A DNA stretch of 64,000 bases from Podarcis gaigeae (lineage: Eukaryota). The notes below the pieces were generated by a model. It worked only from the letters and a program-made list of their open reading frames with translations. It was not told the DNA's origin and made no database searches. The position numbers and the translations under genes were made by a program. Position 1 is the first letter of the stretch, and each line of letters opens with the position of its first letter. Shown piece by piece: positions 12,077 through 24,541 of the stretch. The stretch is from assembly GCA_964106915.2 (NCBI GenBank), contig OZ066918.1, one strand, 5' to 3'.

Positions 12077-12414
12077 CTGGAACAGAGAAAAATACAAGTT
12101 AAAACCCACTAGCACATTTTGCTCTCTTGTGTGTGGCACTGCTAGATGATTATGGCAGTTCCCAATATCCTACCATGTCATTTCTGACAGATTTGCTTTT
12201 ATGCAAAAAAAAATTATTGTTAACTCTTGCAATGGCTGAGGTAGTGTTTAAATGTAAAGAAAAAAAAATGTCACAACAACACAACTTTAGGGACACCCTT
12301 ATGAATCCATAAACATTCTCAACAATGCAGGTGCCTTCCTAAATTCCAAAAGGCTCATTCCCGCTGTCCTCCAAGGCTTAAGGTATTAGGGACACTCTGA
12401 CAGTTAAGAGATTA

Positions 12415-12748
12415 AAAAGGTAAAGGTAAAGGGACCCCTGACTGTTAGGCCCAATTGTGGCCGACTCTGGGGTTGTGGCGCTCATCTCGCTTTATTGGCC
12501 GGGGGAGCCGGCGTACAGCTTCTGGGTCATGTGGCCAGCATGACTAAGCCGCTTCTGGAGAACCAGAGCAGCGCACAGAAACGGCGTTTACCTTCCCGCC
12601 GGAGCACTTTGACATGCTTTCGAACTGCTAGGTTGGCAGGAGCAGGGACCGAGCAACGGAAGCTCACCCCATCGCGGGGATTCGAACCACCGACCTGATC
12701 AGCAAGTCCTAGGCTCTGTGGTTTAACCCACAGCGCCACCCGCGTCCC
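12415..12748 (-). mobile_element. Sauria SINE (Squam1), near full-length
   Basis: 5' GGGACGCGGGTGGCGCTGTGG with B-box GGTTCGAATCC; 3' (ACCTTT)n tail; imperfect TSD ttaagagRtta at 12404-12414 and 12753-12763. Confidence 0.92.
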
Positions 12749-13832
12749 TTAATTAAGAGGTTACTGGGACTCAATTATCTGATTACTGCTACTTCTTTTA
12801 AAGGTGCTAGAGCTGATCCTGGCTACTGCTTATCAACTGGGATATCTCTTCTTGTTTCCTTTGATCACCTGTGTTTTGGGACCAACTGACTGGTAACTGG
12901 GCAGAGGCTTGACAGTTCTGAGACTGCCATCTTCTCCAGGCCTTTGTTCAGGTGTTTTTTCCACAGTAGCTGGCCCATTTTACTTCCATTCCCTCCCTGT
13001 CAAGTAGGGATTCTACCTCTTCCTTCCTTTTGGAATTGAGTAGGTTTGTCTCAGCTATGCATGCTCAAAAAGCTGAATCCAGAATTGCAGAAATTTATTC
13101 TTATGAAGGCATGCCTGCCAAAACAAGTCTGGAACTCTGTTATTTTGCTACATGTGCATGATTATATTTAAGCTCTGAAGTATGTCTGAGAATCTCCAGT
13201 AAGGTTATCTTAATACCATACCTATGTACAACCCGGCAAGACTGAAAGCAGGGTCTATCTATGCAATGAGCCTTTGGTTAGCTCAACATCATTGTTGGGG
13301 AATAGCCAAAAGTGTTACAAGTACTTTGGCAAATAAAGTAATTCATGCACCAGACCCTGGGCAACAGAGAATATGTATGAACATATGCCAAGGACACTTC
13401 ACATAATGTAAGTACATAAAGGAAGGAAATGGCAAGGAAGGAAAGCCCCTCACAGAATTTTCTACGCTCTAGTTCCAAAACTAGCAATTTTAGGAGCTAG
13501 CCATTCCCCATGCGAATGTTATTCATTAGATTTCTCCGCCCCCCCCCCCCACCGTTTGTATTTTCTTTTTAATCATTTATTCTTCTCTTGGTACTCAGTG
13601 TATGTAATCCTTCATTGCACATAGTTCTAATCTGTTGATGAGGAAAGTCAGATTGGAAGTGACTCAGGAGTCTAGTGAATATGTTGTGATTTCATAAAAC
13701 ACGTTGGATAACACGTTGGATACAATCAACAATAGCAAAACACAAATTACAACCAGCAATTGTTCGTTTCATGACAGCGCAAGTTAACCATTCAACAGTT
13801 ATCCTCTGCTTCCTCTTTCCAAGGTATTGGTG

Positions 13833-13833
<1 letters not shown>

Positions 13834-13872
<39 letters not shown>

Positions 13873-13920
13873 ATTTATACACTGCCCTTCACCCAAAAAT
13901 TTCAGAGTGATCACAACAGA
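13834..13920 (-). repeat. (TTA)n microsatellite attached to an L2-type 3' tail
   Basis: About 12 TTA units followed by aaatttatacactgccctt; similar tails at about 17330-17410 ((TTAC)n) and 37350-37400. Confidence 0.7.
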
Positions 13921-14431
13921 AAAAAATACTAAGACAAAAACCTGTTCATTGGCTCTGTATGCTGTGACTTTATAGGAGTGGACCTTCCTGTATCTGATGA
14001 AGTGAGACCTGCTCTACAGAAGCTTATGCCACAATGTAAGTCATTTCTTTTAAACTGCTTTTTACTACAATGGACTAAGATGGCAAACCTGCTAGAATCC
14101 CACCCCCACCAAACTCCCGAAGAAAAAATATTCAGACAGTGTGAAAAAGTATGCCACATACCTGCAACTAGAAGTCATTAACATGCACCCAGTTTACCAT
14201 AGACTATTAAATTTGTAACAAGTTCAAGTAAAGTGTGGCTAAGACAGAAAGGAGGGTTGTACCCAACTGTTTGAAGATGTTCAGGGTGCCTTTAAGGAAT
14301 GGTGTCTAATTGGCAATTCTCTTCACCAACCCCTCCATCAAGAAAGGTTTGCCGTGAGAGGAAGGGGACAAGAACAGAAGGCTTTTTGACCTCATTCTTG
14401 TTAAAATGCAGTATCCGCATGGTTACTTTAC

Positions 14432-14603
14432 CTGTGGGACAGAACAGGAATGTTTCTGGCTCTCCTAGATACTGGAAGATTTCATTAGTGATTGAGATCT
14501 GGGCATGTGCAAAGGAACTGAACACTTCTTTGTCGGCTGCACACATATTGTGATCAATATCATCAAATAACAGTGCAAAAGATCGGCAGCCAAACTGAGA
14601 AAC
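14432..14603 (-). CDS. OGA: OGA exon 5 (catalytic DD motif)
   Basis: [57 protein letters not shown], 172 nt; GH84 Asp-Asp pair intact at 14559-14564. Confidence 0.97.
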
Positions 14604-14777
14604 CTAGCAGGATAAAGAAGAAAAAATATTAACACATGTTAATATTGTACAACATAAAAGCTAGGGAATGTAACCCTACCTAGAGTGCAACACAGGTAGG
14701 GGCATATTTCCTTTATCCAGTGTTTTTGCAATTTCTCATTTATGTTTAAAATTATAATATACATAAATATAAGATAC

Positions 14778-14908
14778 CTGGTCCAGCTTGCGTTTCAATG
14801 TAGAAACTTCTTTTGGGTTTGAGAAGGTAATATCGAGTCCAGGAGAGATAGCATAGATAAATTCTATCCCATATTCTTGAGCAGCCGCGATGAGAGTCAT
14901 GAGCTGCT
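14778..14908 (-). CDS. OGA: OGA exon 4
   Basis: (E)[43 protein letters not shown], 131 nt. Confidence 0.97.
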
Positions 14909-16212
14909 CTAGAAATCAAAGCCAACTATTTTAGCAACAAGCAACTATGAAGTTAAGGCATTTCATTAATCAGAATACATTTCAATATATGCAGGCAAAA
15001 AATACTTTTAAGGGGCAAGGAAATATGAATAATTAACATTTTTTGTCAAAACATACTCAGTCCTCCATCTGATACTTTCATACACACACACACAGTAAAA
15101 TGTGGGGAAACTGGGATCTGCTTTTAAGTAAGCATGTATAGGATCAAGTTGCACATGTCAATTTGGAACAAAGGATTCCTTCTGTCTTTGACATTAAAAT
15201 ATTTTGGGCAGATCCAGTGTTACAATGGCATTTTTACTAATGTAGTCAGGCACAAATCACATCTATCCACTACAATTATTTATATTCCACCTTTCAGGAT
15301 ACAAATATTTTCAAAGTGGCATATAATGAAATATATTTATAATATTGTTGTTGTATCATTAATGTAACTTTCTCATCAAAAGCCTCTTCACAGGCTACTT
15401 AGGGGGCAGGAGCAATTCTGGCTGGAGCAGGCTCTGGTGTCTTTGCTAGCCAACCTCTCTCTTCTGGAATCTGTCCCACAGGACTCTAGGTGGTAGATGA
15501 CACTGTAGAAAGGGAGTGGGGAAGTGGCAGTCCAGCTGCAACAGAAATCGATTTGCAAAGTGTGGTTCACAAAAATGCTGGTGCAAATGTAATGCTGCAC
15601 CACAGCTTGCTCTGAAAATGAAAGAATTGGAGGAAATGATGATGATGATGATGATGATGGGGAAAATGCTGAGCACATGAACCAGGGTTAGAAGAGAAAA
15701 GACTGTGCTATATCTGTACCAGGCTGATATAATAAGAAACTAAGTCAGTTAGGAGCACAGGCATTGTTCTCTCCTCCATTAATGAAGCATTGAGGGTTGT
15801 CACTGTTGAATATGTCTTCTTTCTCCCTAGCATTGAGGCAAAGGGATCATCCCATGGCATCATTCAAGGTGATATAATGCAGCAACCTTGTTAAAGCTAA
15901 GCAGGTCCGGCTATGGCCAGTGACTGGATGGGAGGACCACCTAAGAATCCTATGTACACTGTCTTGAGTTCCATAACTGGACTGTTGGGTTGGGGAGGAT
16001 ATTAAAAAATTATCTGTGTGTACTTTAGCAGAATACTGATTTTCTCTCATCCAGCTAGGCAGGAAAGCCTCTAAGAGTTATTTAATGCATCTTCTAATTA
16101 AAACAACAAAAAGCTTACCCCTCTCAACTTCACTTTTAATTTACCATCCAAATGTGGAAACAACTGTAATTCAATGAATATATATATTTAAAAATGCAAT
16201 AAAGTTAATTAC

Positions 16213-16310
16213 CAGCTTCCTCCACAGAATACATTTCTCGCCAAAACATCCTGTGCTTGTAATCATCTTTTGGTGCATATAGATATGCATTCAGTCCCCA
16301 TTTCTGAAGT
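16213..16310 (-). CDS. OGA: OGA exon 3
   Basis: [32 protein letters not shown], 98 nt, canonical splice sites. Confidence 0.97.
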
Positions 16311-17507
16311 CTACAAAGCAAAATTAAAATGTTGTTTGAAATACATTGTACAAATCTGCATTGCTTAATTGTATAGCCAAGAGTACCATGCAAGTTCTGC
16401 AACACCCCAGAGAGAAAAAGCAAGAATAAGGAAGATAATAAGGAAGATAAATAAGAGGACCAAATATACAAATCTGAATCTGTGACCATGGTTAGATGCT
16501 TTATGTTCTACAAGCTTCTACTTTTTGTTATTTTTCTTTAAAAATGTTACTTCAAGGTTTTTTTCAGGTGGTAGTACATTCTGGGAAACTGCTTTGCTGG
16601 AGGGACTGTGGTATGAACAGTGCATCTTATGTGGTGGGAAAGTGTGCAGATGCAACCATTCTGGCAGATAATTTTCAAGGAAATTCAAGATATAACACAG
16701 AAAGTCACTATAAATCTATTATTGGTGCTATTCTATTTTCCAATGCCCATAAGTTTGTTGCAAAATAAATTGACATATTGATTGTGATATGCTTGGAAAC
16801 TGGAGGACACTATTCATTTTCTTAACTTAAAAACACTGCTCAGAGCTTTTGAAATATTAAGTGGTATATAAATGATTTTTGCTGGATTCTGCTTATTTAT
16901 TTTATTAATATTGTTGATATTGTTTACATGTTGTATTGATTTGTTAATCATATATTACTTTTGCTTTAATTGTGATGTTTAGCTTATTAGTTGTTGCTTT
17001 GTTAACAGTGTTTTATATATAGCAATTGTTTTGCTGATGATTTGTTAATTACTTTATATGATTTATACTGCATCTGTATTGTTTTATCGCACTATTATTA
17101 ACTGAAGCCACTTCGGGATTCATTTGAATGAAAAACGGCATAGAAATTGAATTTCAGAGGTTTGATTTGATTTATTATGAGTTAGCTTAGAACAGTCACT
17201 GAAAGCAAAAATAAAGTCAATTTTCTATGACATTTTGGCTCCTCCTCTCCTTCCATACTTTAGTTTTCCAAACCTATGCCTTAATTCTGCACTAAACAAA
17301 TTCTTTATTTTTACGACTAATTGTTATTGTTTACTTACTTACTTACTTACTTACTTACTGTATTTCGTATACCACCCTATACCCAAAGGACTCAGGGCAG
17401 TTCACCAAAATATCAAATACATAAAATCAAAACAAAAACAATGACCCAATAAGCCCCCCTCCCCAAAATTTATGTATTAGAATGCTACAGTATACAATGC
17501 CACATAC

Positions 17508-17559
17508 CTTCTAAAAAGCTCTTTTCTCTGTTCCATAACCCAAGGCCTTCCATAAAATC
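17508..17559 (-). CDS. OGA: OGA exon 2
   Basis: (G)[16 protein letters not shown](R), 52 nt, cacag|...|gtatgt. Confidence 0.96.
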
Positions 17560-19157
17560 CTGTGGGAAATATTGATGGTAGGCAGTTTCAAATATTGTGC
17601 TGCTTCTTAACAAAATATCAAGTGCAACATCTGAGCCATAATAAACTAATAATTATTAGTTTAATAATTCATTATATACATTTGTTAAGCAACTTTAATT
17701 AGGGCACAGTAAGAACTAAAGAGGTAAACTTGTACAAGTTAGCTGTCAAAAGCTGCATCTAGTGGGTTTGAAATAAATAGGCCTCAGTTGTTCCTTTAAG
17801 TAGTGCCTGAAGCGCTACATATAAACAAGTACGGCAGTGTAAAATGCTGCGAGATCAAACCTGTATGCATGATACATGTTGGAACTTATGTCCTGTTTAG
17901 CACTACTAGAATGCATTTCTTGGAGCAAAGTATGACCTTTTGAAAATCTGTTCTAATGTACACTCAGTTCATTTCCCTGATGTGAACGAGGCCTGCCATC
18001 ATAGTGACTATGACACAAGCCGCCTTTCCAAATCTGTTACCAATGGAATCCATGCACCTGGGTAACTCACAGAAAAATGCACACAGGTCCTGAACGTTAC
18101 ATCTCAGCAAGTGCCCATTCACAAACAGCCAATTCACAATCATGTTATTCCAGTAACTTGGGGAGAGGGACAAGGGGAGAGGCAGGGTCCTGGCAACCAC
18201 AAGTTTTTACAAGGCTACTAGCCCAGTCAAAAATAATAGCCTCCTGAGCTCACATTTTTTTAAAACCCAACTTAAGCCCTGAAGCAAAGCATTAAATCAG
18301 AAGTGGAGCTAGAGTGTTTTAAAACATGATTGTAAGGAGGGTAAGAATGAACCCTCCCCCGACAGTGCCTGCAAAAATACTCAGACAACTGCCAGCGTGG
18401 GAAGCTGTTATGCTCTTCTCCGGTTGCCAAAACCATCAATATGGCAGTTTTCATTACAAGCTTCTCACTCCAGGAACAAAGGGTTTGGGGGAGTTATGTC
18501 TGTGCCTGGCTGTACTTTCACAAAAGTGCAAACATGACTGGCATGAGACAATATATACACCTTGTAATAGAAGTTGCTATTTAGAAGAGGCATTTTGCAT
18601 ATACACAGATCATGACTGATTTAATAAACCTATTTAATTCCTGACAACATCTGGGAGCCATCTGACTCCCACAAAAACTCCGCACAAAGTAGGCACACAT
18701 ACAGATAGTGTGTATATCAAGGGATAGCCAATGTGATACCAATACCCATCAGTCCCAGCCAGCATAGCCAATATTCAAGGATGATGGGAATTTCAGTCTA
18801 AAATTTATGGAGGGCGACACATTAGCTACCCCTTTTCTATATTAATCAAGCTGTAAATAAACCTCCTTTTCCATATTGAGATCTCATCAAAACCACAAAC
18901 CTACAACATGCCACAGAAAAAAATCATGTAACACCACAGCTAACAACACCTACTATGTGGGTGGAAAAAACCCACCAACCTTTAGATTTAGGCTGATATT
19001 CACAGCTTAAATCTATGCTAGATCAAAATTCATGCATGCTCCTCTACCACCAACTGTGAACAAGATTATATCTTCAAGCTGAAGGAACACGCCTTTCATA
19101 AGCCTGCAGGTCCACCTCTCCAGATTCAGAGGTAGCCAACATGATACCTTACAGGTT

Positions 19158-20130
19158 ACATAAGAGCTTGCTAGATCAGACCATTTAGTCCATCCTACTG
19201 TTCTCACAGCAACAAACCAGATGCCTACAAGAAACCCAGAAGCAGGACCCAAGAGCAAGAGGACTTATCCCTCTTGCGGTTTCCAGCAAACAGTATGAAG
19301 TATATGCCTCCAATAATGGAGCCAAAACATAGCCATCATGGATCACAGCCACTGATAGCCTTGTCCTTCATTAATTTGTCTAATTCTCTTTTAAAGCCAT
19401 CAAAGTTGGTGGCCATTATTGCCTCCTATGGGAGCAAATTCCATAGTTCAACTATGCACTGTGTGTATTGTATTTTTCCGTCTATAAGACACCCCGTGTA
19501 TAAGACGCCCCCTATTTTGGGGACCTAGATTTAAGAAAAAAGGGGAAGATGTATCTGTGTATAAGATGCCCCCTAATTTTTGACATTATTTTAAAGGGAA
19601 AAAAGTAGTCTTATACATGGAAAAATACTGTACTTTCTTTTGACTGTCTTAAATCTCCCAATGTTCAGCTTCACTGGATGTTCACTAGTACTAGAAGTAT
19701 GAGAAGAAAAACTTGTCTATCCACTTTCTCCAAATCACAGATAGTTTATACAATTTTATGCTATCTCTTATTCACCTTTTCTCTGAACTAGAAGTCCCAA
19801 ATGTTGTATGCTTTCCTCAAAGGGGAGTTTCCCAACCCCTTTGATTATTTTGGATGACCTTTTATGAAACTTTCTCAACTCTGCAATATCCTTCCTGAGG
19901 TGAAGTGACCTGAACTGTATTCAGCATTCCTAAAGCTGTTGCACCACTGATTTGTATAACAGCATTATGATATCAGCCGTTTTATTTAAAATCCCTTCCA
20001 AATGATCCCTAGCATGGAATTTGCATTTTTCACAGTTGCTGCACAATGGGCTGAGATCTTCACTGAGCTACCCACTATGACCCCAAGGTCTTGGTCCTGG
20101 TCACTCACTGCCAGTCAAGACCCCATGAGC
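19158..20130 (-). mobile_element. CR1 LINE 3' fragment, decayed
   Basis: Reverse-complement similarity to the fragment at 48795-49458; typical CR1 ORF2 end and 3'UTR. Confidence 0.8.
19468..19630. mobile_element. Mariner/pogo-type MITE nested in a CR1 fragment
   Basis: Imperfect TIRs gtatttttccgtctataagac / gtcttatacatggaaaaatac, TA flanks; CR1 sequence resumes on both sides. Confidence 0.8.
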
Positions 20131-20559
20131 ATTATGTGGGACATATCTCCCATGACAGCCTGCCAACGACCATACTGTCTAGGGCTGGTGGGACTCTAAC
20201 AACTTGGGGGGGGGGAAGGCTACAGGTTCCCACTCCTACTCTAGGCAGCAGCATAACACTGGTACTTGAAGAACCAACCAGTAAGTATCAATAAACACCT
20301 CAGTGTTTTTCTTTCTTTCTGTGTGGCAATGAAAAAACACAGGAAGAAAACAAGCCTACTACCACTATCCATTCCAGAACACTAGCTGAACTGTAACCCT
20401 ATCAGCAACCTGGTTACTTCACACACGGAAAACCCTTGGGGCACAAGAAAGTGGTTAGTTTTGAACTGTGTCCGTGACATAGCTGTCAACTTTTCCCTTT
20501 TCTTGCAAGGAATCCTATTCTTAATAAGGGAATTTCCCTTTAAAAAAAAAGGGAAACCT

Positions 20560-21900
20560 TGACAGCTATGGTCCGTGAACTGTTTTTGTTTTGTTTGCAC
20601 GTTTCGTAACGTTTGTACAGTGTGTGCACTCACGTGAACGGAAGAACCAACATGTGGCTCGGAAGTTTGCAGCATTTAAATTCAGCGAATTGGAAGGCAG
20701 ATGCACTGAAAGGGGCAGCTTCGCCTTTACCGCAGGACAGCAAACGGTTTTAACCCTCCGCCGCCAGGTTTCATTCCCAGGGCGGAGCCAGAAGAAAATG
20801 GAGCGGGGAGGAGGAGGAGGAGACGGCGCTGGAGGGAGAGGCGGGGATGCTTTGTTTCGGCTACGGCCTCTGCTCCTCGCTCTCGACCGCGAATTCGCCC
20901 GGCCCCGCAGCCCCTCGCTCTCCCCTTACCTTCTACGACGCCGCAGAGGAACCGCCGAAGGCCCCCGTTGCCCACAGCTCCGGAGCCGCTGTCGGGATCC
21001 GCTTCGGGGCCCGCCGGGTCGGGTCTCGCCGGGGACGCCTCGTTGGGCGAGGCGACGGCAGCCACAGGGCTGGGGCCAGGTGTGCCTTGAGGCTCCCCCC
21101 GCGCCTCGTCGACCATCCCCGCCAGGCCTGCTCCGGGACTCCCATCCGCCGCCATCGCCCTTCCCTGCGCTCTAACCGGGGCGGGCTGCGCTTGCGCGGG
21201 GAAAACCAGCCCCAACCGGTCCGAGCCGGAACCAACCGCCCTGCTCGCTCGACTGCCAACCGGGGCCGCTGCTGCTGATCACGTGCGGCTCCACCTCCTT
21301 CCCACCGCGCGCCAGGCGAAGGGAGCAGGGGCGAGCAGTCCAACAAAGCAGCTGCTTGAGCGAACGAAAAGGACGTGGGGGAAGGGTGGCTGAGAAAACT
21401 ACCTAACCGCGCAGGCGCGAGGGACTGGCAGGGGGAGGGGCGTGTCAATGCGCACGCGCGAAAACGAGATCGCGGCCCACTGCGCAGGCGAGCAACGGCA
21501 GCTCTGAGCAGCGGCCTTGGAGCGCATGCGTAGCTACTGAACGGACCCCGTAGGAGGCTACTGCGCACGCGGGAGGGGAAATAAACAAAGTAGCGGAGGT
21601 TAAGGCGCAAGCGCAGAGCGTAGCCACGGGGGGGTTGTTTGATTAAACGCTGCGCAAGGGGCGGAGTCTTGCGTAAGCGCACGAAAGCGGTAGGCTTCTC
21701 CACCGCCGACTTTCCGCCTCGCTGCACATCTGTGGAGAAGGAGGAGCTTGAGGTCCGCTGCCTTGAGGTTTGACCTACTTTTCTAGGCTGGGGCCTCCGT
21801 AGACCTGAGGGGTAGCTAACTGGGCGCGCCTCAGAGCACGCTTCTCACCTCTAGGGAGAGGCCGGCTGCAGGAATAGCGAACCAAGGCGGTTCAGTGATT
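20560..21900. promoter_or_regulatory. CpG island / OGA promoter with NRF1-type motif cluster, GC boxes and E-boxes
   Basis: Sharp rise in GC and CpG content around exon 1; repeated GCGCANGCGC-like motifs at 21187-21681; CACGTG at 21280 and 20631; GGGGCGGAG near 21658. Confidence 0.9.
20930..21155 (-). CDS. OGA: OGA exon 1 (coding part)
   Basis: MAADGSPG...MVDEARG...GLRRFLCGVVE(G); donor G|gtaagg. Two in-frame ATGs in good context (21155 and 21116), so the start is uncertain. Confidence 0.88.
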
Positions 21901-22090
21901 GAACTGTCACCTGGCTTCAAATTCCCGCTCAGGCACGAAGCTCACTCGGTGACATTCCTAGTCACTTTCGCAACCTAGCCTACCACAGAGGGTTGTTCTG
22001 GCGGCTCTCCCCCCCCCCCCCCCGGTGTGTGTGAGGCTTTGAGTTGCCCAAACTCCTTGGCTAAAAAGTTGGATAAAAATGAAGTAAATA
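21870..22090 (+). mobile_element. Degenerate tRNA-derived SINE with L2-like tail (Squam3/MIR-like)
   Basis: ttcaaattccc B-box-like motif, aagctcact, cctaccacagagggttgtt core, ctccttgg...ggataaaaat tail. Confidence 0.55.
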
Positions 22091-22124
22091 TCGAACAGGG
22101 AAAGGGCTGCAAGCTCATTGGCAG

Positions 22125-22294
22125 AGTAAACGCTTTGTATGCTGGCTCGCCAGATGCAGCTTGTCACGCTGGCCACGTGACCCGGAAGTGTCTTCGGACA
22201 GCGCTGGCCCCCGGCCTCTTGAGTGAGATGGGCGCACAACCCTAGAGTCGGACACGACTGGCCCGTATGGGCAGGGGTACCTTTACCTTTACCT
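22125..22294 (+). mobile_element. Sauria SINE 3' fragment
   Basis: gctggccacgtgacccggaag...gagtcggacacgactgg...tacctttacctttacct tail. Confidence 0.85.
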
Positions 22295-23508
22295 TATGCA
22301 TATAGTTCCATTTCTGACACCGACAGACTGGGCTGGGAAAGGCGTCTGTCTGAAACCCTGTAGAACCCCAACCCCTCTTAAAAGAAAGTGGACTCCTAGA
22401 TTGCTCCTGGAAAAGTCTTGCCCGTTTCCAGTGGGTGAACAATCTCCAATGTCGGTAGATGTGCTTGACTGACGTATTCCCTTGGTTACTCTGTTTCGCT
22501 TTTGAAAAATGCCACCTCTCTGGCAGAGCAGGGTTGCATTCGATACAGGTGAAGCCAGGACAGAGTCTGGTGAGTGAGAGGACAAGATGGGTGAGGGGAG
22601 GAGCCAGGACAGAATCTTATCATGTTTTGGACTGAGCTGGTCTTTTACTAGCTTTTCAGGGTTGCTTACTTGGCAAGAGTACAGCTTTATGTTTGGACTA
22701 GTAACTTACTGAGGAAAGATTGCTGCTTTTCTGTACAATTGTCATTGCTTTATTTGCATATGTAACACTTTTATATTGCCCAACGCTAAGTGCTGATAGT
22801 GAAAGGATAATACAAAATCTAGTTCCTTTTTTGAGGAGCAGACACGTGAAAATTATCTTAGCGGGGGAAAGTTTAGGTCCCACATTTTTGCTGTGCCTAC
22901 TCTGGTGCCTTTCAGTGATAATACAGAAATTGTACAGGCAAAGCATTGTTTCTAGGAAAGCTTTACCTACCAAATATCCATGTGGCAGGCTTCTTTTAAT
23001 TTTTAGTCATTAAAAAAATTGAATTGACTACAAATACTTAGGATGGTTTAGAATTTCATAGGGGTGTGATTGAACATTATTTTGCTGTTGCTTTATTTTA
23101 TGTCTGCTTGGCTTTAACATTTTCATATTGTCAAATAATAAATACTTGCATCCTGTTTGCTTTTTTCTCTGTATCATTTTAGGCTTCAGATAGGGTTGAT
23201 CGTAATCTGATGTGTAGAAACAAGCAACTTTAAGATCAAAAGTTTGTGTGATGGTGAGGCTTTTTGTCTCAGAAATAAAAGAAACACCTGTGTGACAATT
23301 GAGATGAAATCTGATTGATGCTGTTCGCTTCGACTAGCCACTTTCTTTTCTCCACTTACACTAGAGTTGTTGGTACTTTGGGCAGCTTCTCTGTGTTAGT
23401 ACCAGACACACCACATCATCAATGACTTCTGTTCCTCACAAGTATGAGCCTCTTTAATTTTGAGCTGCTTTATTCTCTTCTTGGAAAATGACTCCTCACA
23501 CCATAGGG

Positions 23509-23643
23509 CAGGGATGGGAAACCTGTGGGTTTCCAGATATGGTTGGACTATAGCTCTCATCCCTGACCACTAGCCATGATGACTGGAGCTGATGGAAGTT
23601 GGAGTTCAGCAATATCTGCAGAGGCACAGCTTCCCCATCCATG
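23509..23643. mobile_element. hAT-type palindromic MITE (further decayed copies at about 3680-3797, 18719-18834, 30415-30505, 31305-31436, 35968-36092, 37903-37995, 47439-47575)
   Basis: cagggatgggaaacctgtgg...cacagcttccccatccatg; TSD ccataggg/gtataggg. Confidence 0.75.
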
Positions 23644-23940
23644 GTATAGGGAGTTATGTGACCACCCATTTCAACTTTCTGCTGAGTTCTTAGTATGCAA
23701 GAAGGAGGAGTAGTGAATGTTATAGGGTGATGCTGTTGCATCCATTGGTCACTAGATGGCACTCTGTTTATAGATTTGTTTGAGGACCCTTGCTCTTTCA
23801 GGATCATAAGGGTGCAAGAGGTGGGAAGAGGCAAATCTCTCCATTTTGCAACCTTCCCCACCCCAGAGGTGGCATGACCAGTCCTCCAAAAGCTGCAGCA
23901 TTGACCTTGGCAGACCACAGATGCATTTTTGGTGAAATAG

Positions 23941-24110
23941 TAGAACTCATGGACATCCAATGAAACTGAATGTTGGAAGATTCAGGGCAGATAAAATAAC
24001 ACTTCATGCAAGTGCATAGTTAAACTATAGAATTTGCTCCTATAGGAGGCTGTGTTGGCCACCAACTTGGATGCCTTTAAAGGAGGATTAGACAAATTTA
24101 TGGAGGATAA
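23941..24110 (+). mobile_element. CR1 LINE fragment
   Basis: gacatccaatgaaactgaatgttggaagattcag...tttaaaggaggattagacaaatttatggaggataa matches about 49070-49233. Confidence 0.75.
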
Positions 24111-24541
24111 TGTTGGAGGAAATGGACATGAAGGCATTAATTTATTTCATGGCCACAAATCACCCCATGTCTGACATAAGCCAACAGATGCAAGGTCAGC
24201 AAAGCCGGTTGCTATGGCCCAGTGTTTTGTGTGTGTGTGTGTGTGTGTGTGTTTGATTAAGGCATGTTAGCTCATCAGTCAGTCGATGAGTCTGTGTCTA
24301 TGTCTTGAATTGCTGGAGCAACATAGATATTTTCTATTTGTATGTATCTGTATCTGCAAAGCTTACAAGCTGCATGCATATGTCAACATCTGGAACTGTA
24401 TTACTGAGGCCTGATCTTTTGCAGCAGTAAACTGTTTTGGACCTTAATCTGCCTCTGTGTAGTGACTGGAACTGGGAGAAAGTTACACTGCACTACACTC
24501 AGATTCCCAACTGCGGGGGGCGGGGGCGCAATCTTGCAACA
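24111..24541 (+). mobile_element. Possible solo LTR
   Basis: Begins TGTTG exactly where the CR1 fragment breaks and ends CAACA; internal AGTAAA; no clean TSD. Confidence 0.3.

Larger units (their letters stand above)
996..21155 (-). other. OGA: OGA (MGEA5) gene body, coding exons 1-15; final exon lies left of the window
   Basis: 15 GT-AG-bounded exons splice in frame (2632 nt) to a protein closely matching vertebrate O-GlcNAcase: GH84 catalytic domain, stalk and pseudo-HAT domain. Confidence 0.98.

Noticed and set aside
20591-21727. Long overlapping ORFs (194, 143 and 264 aa) at the CpG island
   Set aside because: Stop-poor GC-rich DNA giving Arg/Pro/Gly/Ala-rich translations with no recognisable domain; only the frame of OGA exon 1 is supported.
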